From positions 106,890,001 to 106,954,000 of the forward strand of contig NC_058373.1 in assembly GCF_018350175.1 (NCBI RefSeq): a stretch of DNA of 64,000 nt, written 5' to 3'. This document shows positions 63,325-64,000 of this stretch, piece after piece. Numbering within the stretch: the first letter of the stretch is position 1; each line of letters opens with the position of its first letter. The DNA comes from Felis catus (taxonomy: Eukaryota). Position numbers and translations under genes: made by a program. The notes below the pieces were generated by a model. That model did not search any database, had not been told where the DNA came from, and worked only from the letters and a program-made list of their open reading frames with translations.

Positions 63325-64000
63325 ATGGTAATAGTAAGTCCTTACCTATTAATAATTGCTTTAAACATAAATGGATTAAATTCTCCAATCAAAAGACACA
63401 GAATGGTTGAATAGATAAAAAACCAAGATCCAACAATACACTGCCTACAAGAGACCCATGGTAGCCTTGAAAACACACATACACTGAGAGTAAAGGGGTA
63501 AAAACAGATTTCAAGTAAATGGTAACCAAAACAAACAAACAAAAAGCCAGAGTAGCTATACTTAAGACAAAATAGACTTTAAACTAAAAGTGATAAAAAG
63601 ACAAAGGTCATTATATAATAACAAAAGGGTCAATAATTAAGATATAATTGTAAATATTTATGTGCTTAATATTGGACCATCTAAAATATATAAATTTAAA
63701 ACTAACAGCACCAAAAGGAGAAAGAAAGAAACAGTAATACAATAATAATTGGAAACTTTAATAACCTTACTCTCAGCAATGGACAGGTTACCCAGACAGA
63801 GAATCAATAAGGAAACAGTGGATTTGAATAACGTTATAGATTAAATGGATCTAACAGACATATACAGAACAGGAGAATATACATTCTTCTCAAGTGCACA
63901 CAAAACATTTTCTAGGATAGACCATATGTTAGTCCACAAAATGAGCCTTAGAAAATTCAAGATGATTGAAATCATACCAAATATCTTCTCTGACCACAAT
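63325..64000 (+). pseudogene. Disabled L1 ORF2p, APE-type endonuclease domain
   Basis: MVIVSPYLLIIALNINGLNSPIKRHRMVE*IKNQDPTIHCLQETH...SRIDHMLVHK...IFSDHN; in-frame TAG at 63412-63414 plus frameshifts. Confidence 0.9.

Larger units (their letters stand above)
60080..64000 (+). mobile_element. Old L1 retaining its 5' end (5' UTR, ORF1, inter-ORF, start of ORF2); continues past the window
   Basis: Starts gagagtgacatctccaagatagc after A-rich aagaaaagtcct; ~1.8 kb 5' UTR; ORF1 and endonuclease peptides; strong A bias on the + strand. Confidence 0.9.

Overview
Mammalian genomic DNA, almost certainly from a felid, judged by abundant tRNA-derived carnivore SINEs of the SINEC_Fc type. The first ~12.7 kb is the 3' end of PPM1A (PP2C-alpha) on the + strand: the last three coding exons (3718-3826, 5212-5269, 6220-6249) and a ~6.5 kb 3' UTR with proximal and distal poly(A) signals. 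The remainder is intergenic; in human, PPM1A is followed by C14orf39/SIX6OS1 and the SIX6-SIX1-SIX4 cluster. This intergenic part contains many SINEs, nested L1s, MaLR LTRs, hAT/MER DNA transposons, MIR/L2 relics, an orphan CpG island at ~38.0-38.7 kb, a strong CTCF-like site, several motif-dense candidate enhancers, and the 5' part of an old L1 (5' UTR, dead ORF1, start of dead ORF2) running off the right end. I cannot support a wholly new biological system. The best leads are candidate unannotated PPM1A splicing events (a 9-nt in-frame microexon and a 98-nt stop-containing cassette exon), the CpG island with a possible downstream lncRNA exon, and the candidate developmental enhancers. Repeat subfamily names come from recall, not a database search, and boundaries of old repeats are approximate.
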